From the NCBI RefSeq assembly GCF_004010195.1, contig NC_057720.1, positions 1,930,184 through 1,992,701 on the forward strand: a stretch of DNA of 62,518 nt, read 5' to 3'. Position numbers and translations under genes: made by a program. Shown in pieces: positions 49,745 through 62,290 of the stretch. Source of the DNA: Chiloscyllium plagiosum. Its lineage: Eukaryota. The notes beneath the pieces are model-generated. The model was not told the origin of the DNA. It ran no database searches and saw nothing but the letters and a program-made list of their open reading frames with translations. Numbering within the stretch: position 1 is the stretch's first letter; each line of letters starts with the position of its first letter.

Positions 49745-49960
49745 GTTGAATAATTGCAAAATCCTGCAGATGCTGGAAATCTGAAACAAACACAGAGATT
49801 GCTGGAGAAACTCAGCAGGGTCTGGAACTCCAATGTTCTGAAGAAGGGTCAATGGATCTGAAACATTAACCTTGTTTCTCTCCCCACAGAGACTGCCAGA
49901 CCTGCTGAGTTTCTCCAGCACTGTCCGTGTTTCCAGCAACAGCAGGGTTTTGTTTTTAGT
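49745..49960. mobile_element. Penelope-derived hairpin (subfamily B) with hammerhead motif at 49835-49870
   Basis: GTT-CTGAAGA-A-GGGTC-AATG-GATCT-GAAA-C-ATT-AAC. Confidence 0.8.
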
Positions 49961-50339
49961 CATGATTTGTGAGTGGTGCTGGAATGCAACCTCTGGACTC
50001 TTGCTATTTGTGTCAGTTTCTGAATGTTAAAAACCAATTCACTCTGCATCACTGTAAATGCTTTTAATTATTCATTTAGCCCATTACTATGGCAGCAAAA
50101 CCTGCATTCAGGCTTAAATCAAATTCTTGTTAATTAATGACTACTTATCAAACAGGCTGGATAATTTCTATGTGGGATTATTCTCAGAAAATCTGTCGTA
50201 ACATTTTCTACATTACTGTTGTAACTACATTCTATAAGAAATCATGGATTGGCTGGTACTATCTCCCAGGCATACTGAGCTCCTGAGAAGTTACCATACA
50301 AATGCAACTTTTTCTTATTAACATTCAGATCTAACATCA

Positions 50340-50530
50340 CTCATAGAGTCATAGAGATGTACAGCATGGAAACAGGCCCTTCAGTCCTACCCATCCATGC
50401 CGACCAGATATCCCAACCCAAGCTAGTCCCACCTGCCAGTACCCGGCTCATATCCTTCCAAACCCTTCCTATTCATATACCCATCCAAATACCTCTTAAA
50501 TGTTGCAATTGTACCAGCCTCCACCATCAT
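50340..50530 (-). mobile_element. CR1 3' tail
   Basis: catagagtcatagagatgtacagcatggaaacaggccc. Confidence 0.9.
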
Positions 50531-51081
50531 GTTTCTTGGCTTTTTGGAAATGGAGTATTTTACAGTCCTTAAGATAATTCCTCCTTATCCACCAGTTTGC
50601 AGTGATCAGTGTGTCTGTGTAATACCTTACGTGTCCCTGGTTTCTATCAGATTTTGCTGTGCTTGATCCACTGCAATGTAACAATGACAGTACATTTCAA
50701 TGGGCAGTTCCCAGAGGGTGGGGAACTCCAGGAAAACTTAGGGTCATGGATGGTGCTGGGGAAATATGGGCCCTTTTTTTAACTAAGAGGCACAGTTTTT
50801 GGTCACAAGGGAACAGGTGAAGATATGTTGAATCAACAGACCCTGACAGAAAACAGAACAGGCCAAAATGACCTTAGAAACTGCAAAGGATCCAAGAGAG
50901 ATTTTTAATCAGCAAGAGAATTGAGGATTTTGGGGAAAAGGCAGGAAAATAGAGTTGAAGATGATCCGATCAGCCATGACTGAAGGGCACAGCAGACTCA
51001 ATGGGCTGGATGCCGTACTGCTGCTCGAGTATCAACAGTGTAATGGGGCTCTTGCACATTTTGCCTGTTTCGCTTTCCAAA

Positions 51082-51403
51082 TGGTGGCATGGTGGCTCAG
51101 TGGTTAGCACTGCTGCCTCACAGCACCAGGATTCAGGTTCGATTCCAGCCTCGGGCGACTGAATGGAGTTTGCATATTCTCCCCGCGTCTGCGTGAGTTT
51201 CCTCCCACAATCCAAAGGCGTGGAGGTCAGGTTAATTGGCCATGCTAAATTGCCCAGAGTGTTTGGGGATGTGTGGGTTAGGTGCATTAGTCAGGGGTAA
51301 GTGCAGAGTAATGGGGAATGCGTCTGGGTGGGTTACTCTTCAGAGGGTCAGTGTGGACTTGTTGGGCTGAATGGCCTGTTTCCACATTGTAAGGATTTTA
51401 TGA
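51082..51403 (+). mobile_element. HE1-type V-SINE
   Basis: A and B boxes, V-domain and tail. Confidence 0.92.
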
Positions 51404-53016
51404 AATGTTTCTGATGGAAACAGGTCACATCCGAGACATTCTGACAGGGAACAGGAGAGCTTGGAGTTTATTTCCCACAGGCGATCCACCATTGGCCACG
51501 TTGTTTTTGGGATCTAATGCATGGCCGGAGCTGAATTATCTGACACCGGATTCAATGGTTAGCCACAGTTCGGCCTCCTGTCCCCACTGCCAGCCCAGGG
51601 AGCTGATCCTCTCATTGACCTTTGAAGATCTGGGAGGGCAGAATCCCTGTGCAATGTTCCACTCCCACCCATGTTGAAGCTGGAGGCTGGATGGGGGTGG
51701 ACAGAGGGAGGGCTATCAAACATTACCCTCTCCCCTTCCCCCCTCCCAGCTTCCTGTCCCCCACCAGAATTCTGTGAGGATGAGAAGGGCCACTGACCGA
51801 GGCCCCCAAGTAACCAATGACTGACTGGTGAATGACCAGATAAAGCCATGCAGTTGGTCAGTATGTGCTCTCCCGCTCACGGGGATGGGAGGGCCCCTCA
51901 ATCACTTGGGTCTCCGTCCCAGAAACTGGACAGTGAGGAGGGTGAGCCCCATGGCCAGCCACTTACCCTTGACCCTCTCACCCACCCAGGCACATACCAC
52001 TAACCCACCCTCCCCCACTCCTCCCCTGGTGTGGTATGGGCCACTCTCCATCAGCTAGCCAAGTGAACTCAGAGAATAAAACTGACAGTTTACTGTTTCA
52101 GAGTCCCTGCCTCCTCACCCAACCCCTTCCCTGATGGAGTGTTCACCCTCAAGCTGCACTTACCCAGTTGTTCTCTCACTCTCTCGAACACAGCGAGTTG
52201 CCTGTGGGTTTTAGTAAACTATGTCTCCAACCCCTCTCAGAGCACTGCAGCTCAGCTCTCCATCCTGGGGGGGATGCTGGGGATGGGNNNNNNNNNNNNN
52301 NNNNNNNNNNNNNNNNNNNNNNNNNNNNNNNNNNNNNNNNNNNNNNNNNNNNNNNNNNNNNNNNNNNNNNNNNNNNNNNNNNNNNNNNNNNNNNNNNNNN
52401 NNNNNNNNNNNNNNNNNNNNNNNNNNNNNNNNNNNNNNNNNNNNNNNNNNNNNNNNNNNNNNNNNNNNNNNNNNNNNNNNNNNNNNNNNNNNNNNNNNNN
52501 NNNNNNNNNNNNNNNNNNNNNNNNNNNNNNNNNNNNNNNNNNNNNNNNNNNNNNNNNNNNNNNNNNNNNNNNNNNNNNNNNNNNNNNNNNNNNNNNNNNN
52601 NNNNNNNNNNNNNNNNNNNNNNNNNNNNNNNNNNNNNNNNNNNNNNNNNNNNNNNNNNNNNNNNNNNNNNNNNNNNNNNNNNNNNNNNNNNNNNNNNNNN
52701 NNNNNNNNNNNNNNNNNNNNNNNNNNNNNNNNNNNNNNNNNNNNNNNNNNNNNNNNNNNNNNNNNNNNNNNNNNNNNNNNNNNNNNNNNNNNNNNNNNNN
52801 NNNNNNNNNNNNNNNNNNNNNNNNNNNNNNNNNNNNNNNNNNNNNNNNNNNNNNNNNNNNNNNNNNNNNNNNNNNNNNNNNNNNNNNNNNNNNNNNNNNN
52901 NNNNNNNNNNNNNNNNNNNNNNNNNNNNNNNNNNNNNNNNNNNNNNNNNNNNNNNNNNNNNNNNNNNNNNNNNNNNNNNNNNNNNNNNNNNNNNNNNNNN
53001 NNNNNNNNNNNNNNNN

Positions 53017-53290
53017 TGCTGCCTGCCTTGCTGTGTTTTCCCAGCCTCCTGCCTGTCCCTCCTGATGCTGCCTGGCTTGCTGTGTTCCCCCAGCCTCCTG
53101 CCTGTCCCTCCTGATGCTGCCTGCCTTGCTGTGTCCTCCCAGCCTCCTGCCTGTCCCTCCTGATGCTGCCTGCCTTGCTGTGTTCCCCCAGCCTCCTGCC
53201 TGTCCCTCCTGAAGCTGCCTGGCTTGCTGTGTTCCCCCAGCCTCCTGCTTGTCTCCTTTAGATTCCAGCATCTGCAGGTTTTTTTTGTCT
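53017..53290. repeat. 49-bp tandem repeat (about 5 visible units) abutting gap 52288-53016
   Basis: Unit tgctgcctggcttgctgtgttcccccagcctcctgcctgtccctcctga starting at 53017, 53066, 53115, 53164 and 53213. Confidence 0.95.
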
Positions 53291-53764
53291 CTAACTGGAA
53301 TAAGTGAGCAGGGTGAGAGCATTGGAGAGGAGGAGGGAGCAGCATTTAAATCCACAAGTGCCAGTCCAAAACACAGTGAACTGTCACAATACCCTGGCTG
53401 CTAGCTCCACTCCAGTTCCCAAATATCCATCAACTCTTCGAAACTGGCCAGCAGATTCCACCCGGGACAGGTCACTGCACACTTGGCTCGCCTCAATGTG
53501 AGGAAGCTGCATCCAAACTGTCAATCAATGCCGTCTTGCAAAGATCGAGTCGGTGATGCTTGACTGGAGACTGTCAGTGATCAGCATCAATCACACTGCA
53601 ATTTCACTTCAGCAGCATTTACAGCACCTTCAGCTTCAGCTGCTTGCTGAGTACTTCTCAGAGACTTCCATTCAAGTACCACCCACAGTCCAGAGCTTTC
53701 TCACAGACAGAACATCTTCAAATCAAGATCCCCTGCTCAGCACACAACCCGAACCTATATTTAT

Positions 53765-54070
53765 AGAGTGCTGCACTGTCGGAGGGTCAGTGCTGAGGGA
53801 GTGCTGCACTGTTAAAGGTTAGTGCTGAGGGAGTGCCCGCACTGTCAGAGGGTCAGTACTGAGGGAGTAGGGCATTGTTGGAGGGTCAGTGCTGAGGGAA
53901 TACCACAATGTTGGAGGGTCAGTGCTAAGGGAGTGCAGCACAGTCAGAGAGTCAGTACTGAGGGAGTAGGGCGCTGTTGGAGGGTCAGTGCTGAGAGAGT
54001 GCAGCACTGTCAGAGAGTCAGTACTGAGGAAGTAGGGCACTGTCGGAGGGTCAGTGCTGAGGGAGTGCCA
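53765..54070 (+). repeat. 33-bp minisatellite, about 9 units
   Basis: Same unit. Confidence 0.96.
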
Positions 54071-54724
54071 GTATTCATCTGACAACTTACATCTCTCTGC
54101 TTTTCCTCTGGTGGACATGAAATTTTTCATTACCGTAAAGATTAGGCAATGTCTCCTTGATGTCCTGTGAGCCAGCGTGTGACCCTCAAATGAATAAGGA
54201 TGTTTGATGTTTGTGCGATCTTGCTCGGCAAAAAATGGTAGCTGAGTTACCTGCATTACAACAGTTCTGGGGCACGCGGTGCTTTGGGACTTTGTGAAAG
54301 GTGTTCCAGAATTGTAAGCGTTTTGTTCTTTTACAAACACAGAAAACCAAAGACAAATTAATTTTCAAAGGTTGTCATGGTTTGGGAAAAAGCTGCCCAA
54401 ATGAGATTAAATTGTTGCTTTGTTTCTGCCACAAACTCTTTGCCTGAACTCAATAAGGAGATTCACTCCATCTCAGGCAAGGAGCCCCTTGAGACTTTAA
54501 AAGCAATTCAAGGTCACAGAGGCCACAGTCCTGGTGTCAAATATCAGAATGCAGTTCTTTAACTGTTCAGATGCAATGCTATTTAGAGATGCAGGAAACA
54601 ACAGCAAGTGATTGTAATGTCCCTTTGCAACGAACGTGCGGGCCTCACACTCAACTCAGCACGAGCTTTCATCCAGTTGGGCCTTGATTCAATCCCGGCT
54701 AACAAAAACATATGACCCACAGCA

Positions 54725-54922
54725 GTGTCAGTGCTGAAGGAGTGCCACACTAATTGAGGGTCAGTGCTGAGGGAGTGCCGCACTGTCAGAGGGTCAGTAC
54801 TTAGGGAGTGCTGCACTGTCAGAGGGTCAGTGCTGAGGGAGTGCCGCACTGTCAGAGAGTCAGTGCTGAAGGAGTGCTGCACAGTCAGAGGGTCAGTGCT
54901 GAGGGAGTGCTGCACTGTCCGA
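54725..54922 (+). repeat. 33-bp minisatellite, about 6 units
   Basis: Same unit. Confidence 0.96.
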
Positions 54923-55729
54923 GGTTAATACTGTTGGGAATCTCCACCACGAGACTTTTATTACAGCCCCACACTGTCCTAATTTTGAACTGTATTAATG
55001 TTCCCTGTTGCTGGATCAAAATCCTGGAACTCCCTTCTTAACTGCACTATGGTGGTATTTACACCTCATGGACTGTAGCGATTCAAGGTTTGTCCTTGTC
55101 TTGCCAGTGATGCCCACATCATATGAAGAAGTAACGACTAAAAGGATAGATATAGGAAAGCTCTGGGAGCCCGGAACTAATGACCAAAAAGATCAGCCAC
55201 CAATTAATCCGATTGGGAAATCGAACGTAACATTTTTATTGAGAAATCATGGAAAATGTGTGACTTCCTCCCACGGATAGTGGTCCAGGTAAATAGTGGA
55301 GATTCACTGAGGGGAACGAATCAAAGGAGATAAAAGAGTGAAATGAAGATGATCAGCGTTTACAGCAGCATGAACCAGTTGGGCTGAATGGCCTGTTTGC
55401 GTTCTGGAAATTCTGTGCAGCTAAAACCACAATATTTCACACCCTTTAAGATAAATAAATCCTCCTTGTACATCAGTTTGCTGCCAGCAATATATAATCA
55501 CAGGCTGTAATGTTTCACTGAGGGTTATAGAGAAATTTATGAAGAGGTTTATCAGTCACTGCATTCCGGAGCGCAATGATTGAAGACTCCTTTACCCAGA
55601 CCCAGCCAGTATGGGCTGTATTCAGTAACAACTCACAGAAGAGATTGTGCTGTTTAACCCTGTTCTCACTGCTGCACCTCTCACTGGCCTTTCGTCCTTT
55701 TTAACATGACCACCAATTCTCAGAAAACA

Positions 55730-55950
55730 AAGAATTGGAACATAGCAAGAGTCCATTCAGCCCCTCGAAGTTGTTCTGCTATTCAATGAGATCATGGGTG
55801 GTCTGTGGCCTAACTCCACATAACTGCCATTGGCCCATGTCCCTTCATACCTTTAACAAAAATTTATCCATCTCAGATTTAAAATTAACAACAGATCCAG
55901 CATCCACTGCTGGATTCCAAACCTCTTCCACCCTTTGTGTAGAAGTTGGG
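55730..55950 (-). mobile_element. CR1 3' tail remnant
   Basis: ccattcagcccctcg...ttccaaacctcttccaccctttgtgt. Confidence 0.8.
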
Positions 55951-56230
55951 TCCCAGTGCTGTGCTCTCAGATTTCTCCAGAACTTCACCCCGCCTCTTAT
56001 TCAACTGAGTCATCCACTCGATTCCTTCCCATTACACCCGCAGTGATAGACCCACATGAGGTGATCCAGTCTGTTTCTGAACTGGGCCTCCACAAGAGCA
56101 GGTGGCCAGGGCCACTCCCTACATCTACCCTGCAAACACCTTCTCTGCTGAGAATCATCCAATTGCCTTTCAAAAGGACCGTTTGAATCTGTCGCTACTG
56201 CCCTGTTAGCCAGACCCGAACACCCGCTGC

Positions 56231-56640
56231 ATCAATGAGCTGGTCCTCACTCCCCCACTTCCTCATCGATTGTCTGGTCCTCACTCTCCCACTTCCTCCC
56301 AATGGGCTAGTCCTCACTCCCTCACTTCCTCTCGATGGGCTGGTTCTCACCCCCCCACTTCCTCTTGATGGGCTGGTCCTCACTCCCCCACTTCCTCATC
56401 GCTGGGCTGGTCCTCCCTCCCCACTTCCTCATCAATGGGCTGGTCCTCACTCCCCCACTTCCTCATCAATGGGCTGGTCCTCACTCCCCCACTTCCTCAT
56501 CAATGGGCTGATCCTCACTCCCCCACTTCATCATCAATGGGCTGGTCCTCACTCCCCCACTTCCTCATCGATGGGCTGATCCTCACTCCCCCACTTCGTC
56601 ATCGATGGGCTGGTCCTCACTCTCCCACTTCCCCATCGCT
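56231..56640. repeat. 34-bp minisatellite, about 12 units
   Basis: Unit atcaatgggctggtcctcactcccccacttcctc, e.g. at 56431 and 56465. Confidence 0.96.
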
Positions 56641-57259
56641 GCCAGCAGCAGCAGTTTCTCTGTTTGATCAGCCCAGATCTCTCAGCATTTGAAACACCTT
56701 TATCAAGGCCCCTCGCATGCCCCTGACTCTTCCTTAACTAATTCCGATTAACAGGCAAAACATTCTGTCACAGTTTTGCCCTTTGGTCTTTGTTTGCAGT
56801 TTACCACAGCAGATCAATTCTGACCCCACTGAGGTTTGCTCATCCCAAGTCATGACATATCCCAGTGGATTGATCACTGCCCTTTTCCAAAGACAATGAC
56901 AAACTTACTGTACAATGACCACGGCTCGGCTCAGCTCATTCACAGGATTCAGGTCTGAGCTGACCCTCTCCTTACATTGCCTGAAAAAATATTGCTGTCA
57001 AACATTTTCCTAACTACACACTGACTCCACTCTGCCCTTTACACTGCTACTATCCCAGTCTATATTCAGATAATTAATTCCCCCATGATAACTATTCCAT
57101 AATTTATACATTTCCCTGCAATTTCAGCAGATTTCCCCTTCTATACCCAGCCAGGCCTCCAGGGAGTTATCGATGCCCAAAACTCACCAGAAACATTAGG
57201 TACAGTCAGTACACTGCCACACACCTCAGGGACTCTGACCTCAACATCATTCTACAGCA

Positions 57260-58297
57260 ACTTTGTGAGGGGTAGGTCTTGCCTTACAAGTCTTATTGAA
57301 TTCTTTGAGGGGGTCACCAAGCATGTGGATGAGGGTAGAGCAGTGGATGTAGTGTACATGGATTTTAGTAAGGCATTTGATAAGGTTCCCCATGGTAGGC
57401 TTATGCGGAAGGTCAGGAGGCATGGGATAGAGGGAAGTTTGGCCAGTTGGATAGAAAACTGGCTAACCGGTCGAAGTCAGAGAGTCGTGGTAGATGGTAA
57501 ATATTCAGCCTGGAGCCCAGTTACAAGTGGAGTTCTGCAGGGATCAGTTCTGGGTCCTCTGCTGTTCGTAATTTTTATTAATGACTTGGATGAGGGAGCC
57601 GAAGGGTGGGTCAGTAAATTTGCAGACGATACAAAGATTGGTGGAGTTGTGGATAGTGAGGAAGGCTGTTGTCGGCTGCAGAGGGACTTAGACATGATGC
57701 AGAGCTGGGCTGAGGAGTGGCAGATGGAGTTCAACCCTGCCAAGTGTGAGGTTGTCCATTTTGGAAGAACAAATAAGAATGCGGAATACAGGGTTAAAGG
57801 TAGGGTTCTTAGTGAGGTGGAGGAACAGAGGGATCTTGGCGTCTATGTACATAGATCTTTGAAGGTTGCCACTCAGGTGGATAGAGTTTGTAAGAAGGCC
57901 TATGGAGTATTATCGTTCATTAGCAGAGGGATTGAATTCAAGAATCGTGAAGTGATGTTGCAGCTGTACAGGACTTTGGTTAGGCCACAGTTGGAGTACT
58001 GTGTGCAGTTCTGGTCGCCTCACTTTAGGAAAGATGTGGAAGCTTTGGAGAGGGTGCAGAGAAGATTTACCAGGATGTTGCCTGGAATGGAGAATAAGTC
58101 NNNNNNNNNNNNNNNNNNNNNNNNNNNNNNNNNNNNNNNNNNNNNNNNNNNNNNGCAGAGTCAGAATCATTGGTGACCTTTAAGCGGCAATTGGATAGGT
58201 ACATGGATGGGTGCTTAAGCTAGGACAAATGTTCGGCACAACATCGTGGGCCGAAGGGCCTGTTCTGTGCTGTATTGTTCTATGTTCTATGTTCTAT
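57260..58297 (+). mobile_element. 5'-truncated young CR1 with an open RT frame up to the gap
   Basis: Frame 57265-58100 has no stops, includes SKFADDTK; (TTCTATG)n tail; gap 58101-58154. Confidence 0.97.
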
Positions 58298-58321
58298 TTA
58301 TCATCTTTGTTCATTTCCTCT

Positions 58322-58693
58322 GGGGGTCAGTACTGAGGAAGTGCCACGCAGTCAGAGGGTCAGTACTGAGGGAGTGCCCACTGTCAGAGGTTCAGTGCTG
58401 AGGGAGTGCCGCACTGTCAGAGGGTCAGTACTGAGGGAGTGGCGCACTGTTGGAGGGCCAGTACTGAGGGAGTGGCGCACTGTTGGAGGGCCAGTACTGA
58501 GGGAGTGTCACACTGTCAGAGGGTCAGTACTGAGGGAGTGTTACATTGTCAGAGGGTCAGTGCTGAGGGAGTGCTGCACTGTCAGAGGGTCAGTGCTGAG
58601 GGAGAGCCGCACTGTCAGAGGGTCAGTACTGAAGGAGTGCTGCACTGTCAGAGGGTCCGTACTGAAGGAGCGCCGCACTGTCGGAGTAACTGA
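58322..58693 (+). repeat. 33-bp minisatellite, about 11 units
   Basis: Same unit. Confidence 0.97.
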
Positions 58694-59319
58694 ACTGAAC
58701 CTCTGACTTTGCTGGGCTGCCCCTGTACTGGTGCTGGGGATTTCCAGCCTCAGTATTGTCTCTAATCAGTCGTCTGGAGCTTGAAATGACAGTATTTGAT
58801 GGTGAAGGAGAGAAAGTGCTGGCCTGAGGCACATCAGAACCACAGGAAGCACATCCATCAAGTCACTGTCAGGCAAGATGGACGAGGAGATTTAGAGAAA
58901 GCAGCGAAACATCAGGTGCATTCTGCATATCATGTCCAGGTAATAGCCCATCACTGTCAGACTTTGAATGATTTACTGACCCATTACTCAAAACCTGAGA
59001 GTCACAGGCAACATCCAAACACAAATGGAAAACATGAGGCATTCAAATAATATTCATCAGGACTGGTATGAGCTGGTCCTTCTTGCCTTTATACAAGTTT
59101 TATTCAAGCTCTGCATCTATGTGATTATTACCAATGCCATTCTTTTGATTTAAAAAAAACAGATCGAGAGGAGAAACAAGGAATGGTTTCGAGCACAGAT
59201 AATGTCTGTCTGACCCTCAGGTGGACACAGAGGGTCGTGTTCCACACTCCAAGCCATTGCCAGGTCCCCAGCCCACAATTAACTCACCCAAATACAAGTA
59301 AAGCACTGAGGACATAGGA

Positions 59320-59555
59320 CTGGGGTGAGGAGAAATGTCTTCACTCAGAGAGTGGGGATCCTGTGAAATTCACTCCGACAGAAAGTGATGGAGATCAAAA
59401 CATGGAATGTCTTCAAGAAGGAGTTAGATATCGTTCTTGGTGCTAAAGGGATCAAAGGGGATGGGGTGAAAAGTGGGAACAGGGGACTGAGTTGGATGGT
59501 CAGCCATGATTATATTGAAAGGCATTCTCTTGCTCCCGTTTTCTATGTTTCTAAG
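59320..59555 (+). mobile_element. CR1 3' UTR remnant
   Basis: gaggagaaatgtcttcactcagagagtg...tttctatgtttct. Confidence 0.8.
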
Positions 59556-59694
59556 TCTGGAGATCTCAAGGACCTCTTTTATTTCTGACCCTTTCTGCCT
59601 TCCTGATTTTAATCACTCCTCCCTCGGTGGCCAGATTCTCAGCTGACCAGACCCCGAGCTCTAGAATTCCCTCCCTAAACATTTCAGTCACTCC

Positions 59695-59705
59695 ATCTCT
59701 CTCTG

Positions 59706-59737
<32 letters not shown>

Positions 59738-59970
59738 GCCCGCTCTGCCTGTCTCTCTCTCTCTGTCTCTCTCAGTCTCTCGCTGTTTTTTTCTCTCTGG
59801 CTTTCTCTCTCTCTTTGTCTGTCGCTCCCTCAGTCTCAGTTTCTCTCTCTCTGACTTGCCCTCTCTCTCGGCCTTTCTCCCTCTGTCTCTCTCGTTCTAT
59901 TTCTGTCTCTTGGCCTTTCTCTCTCTGTCTCTCTGTCTCTGACTTTCTCTATCCCTGTCTCCCTCTTAGT
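59695..59970. repeat. degenerate (CT)n microsatellite within an L2-like 3' remnant
   Basis: Pyrimidine run flanked by gctctagaattccctccctaaac and gtggctcagtgtcaaattttgtttg. Confidence 0.9.
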
Positions 59971-60799
59971 CTCTAGGAGTTCCTCAAATCCTGAATCCTT
60001 ATCAGAGCTTTCAGTCACTCGTCATCTAAAGTCCTTGTGTGGCTCAGTGTCAAATTTTGTTTGATCATTGTTCCAGTGAATATCTTTACCAAGTTTAGTA
60101 ACATGATTACTAAGTCAGAGTTACTGCTATGTAGAAACAAGAGAGAGAAATGCTGACAAACTCCACTTTACTGAGGAAACAAACATTGATGACGTGAATG
60201 TGTGGAGGGATGGAAGGAAAGGTGTTATAAAAAGGTGTAAAAATAAATCATTGTACAGAATGTCTCTGGAACACAATATTTTCCTCTTCCCCTGAGCAGA
60301 GAAAGATGTCAAAAGCATTGCTACACAGAGCTAACTCTAAGGCAAAGTAAGAGCAAAGCAGATGGAGGAGGTGGGAGGCAGTTACCATGGAACAGAGTGG
60401 GCCAAGAATCTCTGGTAGACTCAAGGAAGGGAGGGTGGTCCCATCGCAGAGTCAAACTGAAGGGGCTCACTCAGCCACTACAGAGGGCAGTTACGAGTCA
60501 ACCACATTGCTGAGGGTCTGGAGTCAGTGTGTAGCCAGACCAGGTGAGGGAGGCAGATTCCTTCCCGAAAGGACATTGGTAAATGAGGGGGATTTTTCTG
60601 ACTTCATGGTCGCTGTTAGATTAGTTTTGGGGGAGGGACTGGGGGAGGTCGGGATGGGGCTGGGAGAGGTGGGGGTGGGGTTGGGGGTGATGGGAGAGGG
60701 GCTGTGCTGGCTGTCTTCTTGAATACGTGGCCCAGTGTTCTGCAGTGACCTCTGCTGGAAAGAGCTGGCACAGGAGCCCAGCTCCAGCCAATCAACCCT

Positions 60800-62290
60800 C
60801 CCAAGACAAAGAGACTCAGCTTAATATCTCCCGAGGAATCAAGATTACAGGATGATCCAACCAAGGTCTTTAAAATGATTAAAGGATTCAAAGGATCAAT
60901 TGGGAAAATCTATTTCCTCTAGAGAGAGAGAGAGAGTCCAGAACCCAGGGGCAGAATCCGAGCCAGACCATTTGGGGGAGCTCAGGGGTGGGACACGCTA
61001 ATATGGTGCTCACTCATTCAATTTTAAATTCCACAGCTGAGATTGAGAGATTCTGACTTGGTAAAATAACACAGGGTTATATAACCAAAATGTGGTAAAA
61101 ATATGGACCTACCTTAATACCACTGAAGGATGGAACAGGCTTGAGGGCTGAATAGCCTCCTTCCACTCCTATATTTATAAAGTACCTTCATAAACGTATT
61201 TGAGAATTGCATCCAATCCTGGGCCCTACTCTTTCAGGGTGAGGAGAGGGAGTGGAGGAGATTTATTGGAATGGGATCAGGGATGAGGGACTTCAGTGAA
61301 TGTTGAGAGACTGGAGAAGCTGGGATTATTCTCCTGAGGGTAGAGAAGGTTCCAGGAGTTTAACTGAGGTGTTCAATATCACCAAGAGAGATGGATGGAG
61401 TAAATCAGGAGGAAGCGCGTTAGGGAGCAGAGGAAGACAGATTGAAGGGAATCGGGAGAAGCCCCAGAGGAATTTTAAAAAAAATAGTGAATTATTGGGA
61501 TCTGGAAAATGCCACTGAAAGGGAGCAGGTTCAATGGCACCTTAAAATAGAACAGGGGAAATACTGCAGCTCCAATAGGCTGACTGGCCTCCTTCAGAAT
61601 TGCAAAGTTCAACACAGAGCTGGATGGGGGAGTGAGCTGTGAGGAAGATACAGAGATGTTTCAGTGTGATTTAGACAGGCTCAGTGATTAATTCTTAAGT
61701 TTTAAAAAAAAATTCACAGAATGAGGGCATCACTGGCTACATCAGCATTTATTACCCATCCCTAATTGCCCCGAGGGAATTTAAGAGTCAACCACATTGC
61801 TGTGGGTCTGGACTCACATGTAGACCAGACCAGGTAAGGATGGCAGTTTCCTTCCCTGAAGGATACTAGTGAATCAGATGGGTTTTTCCTGACAATCAAT
61901 AATGGATTCATGGTCATCATTACACTCTTTATTCCAGATTTTTTTTGAGAGGGCAAATGAGCGATAGCTGCAATATAATGTGAATAATGTGAGATCATCC
62001 ACTTTGGTAGAACTAACAGGAAGGCAGATTATTATGTGAATGGCAATAGATTGGGAAAAAGGGATGAACAATGCAACGAGACCGGGGTGTTCTTGTTCAC
62101 CACTCTCCGAAGGTAAACATTACAGGTGCAGCAGTTCGTGAACTAGGCAAATGGGAGCAGGGATGTCTTTGGCTTTATAAGAGCAAGGATGTCTTGCTGC
62201 AACTATATAGGGCCTTGGTGAGACCACACCTGGAGTATTGTGTCAGTTTTGGTCTCCCTATCTGAGGACAGATCCTGGCTGGTACACTGA
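60800..62290 (+). mobile_element. several decayed CR1 fragments, with a family-D SINE at about 61705-61945 (minus)
   Basis: LEKLGLFS-like and YKSKDVLLQLYRALVRPHLEYC motifs. Confidence 0.8.

Noticed and set aside
52139..53355. Long ORFs of 297-389 aa (also 44590-45416)
   Set aside because: Mostly X residues from N gaps
51430..53760. Second Harbinger-like relic around the gap
   Set aside because: Only a vague compositional resemblance; no convincing peptide motif
58275..58706. Repetitive Cys/His ORFs (TEGVLHCQRVS)n as zinc-finger or structural proteins, here and at the other arrays
   Set aside because: A 33-bp unit keeps several frames open on both strands; no splice context or real zinc-finger spacing
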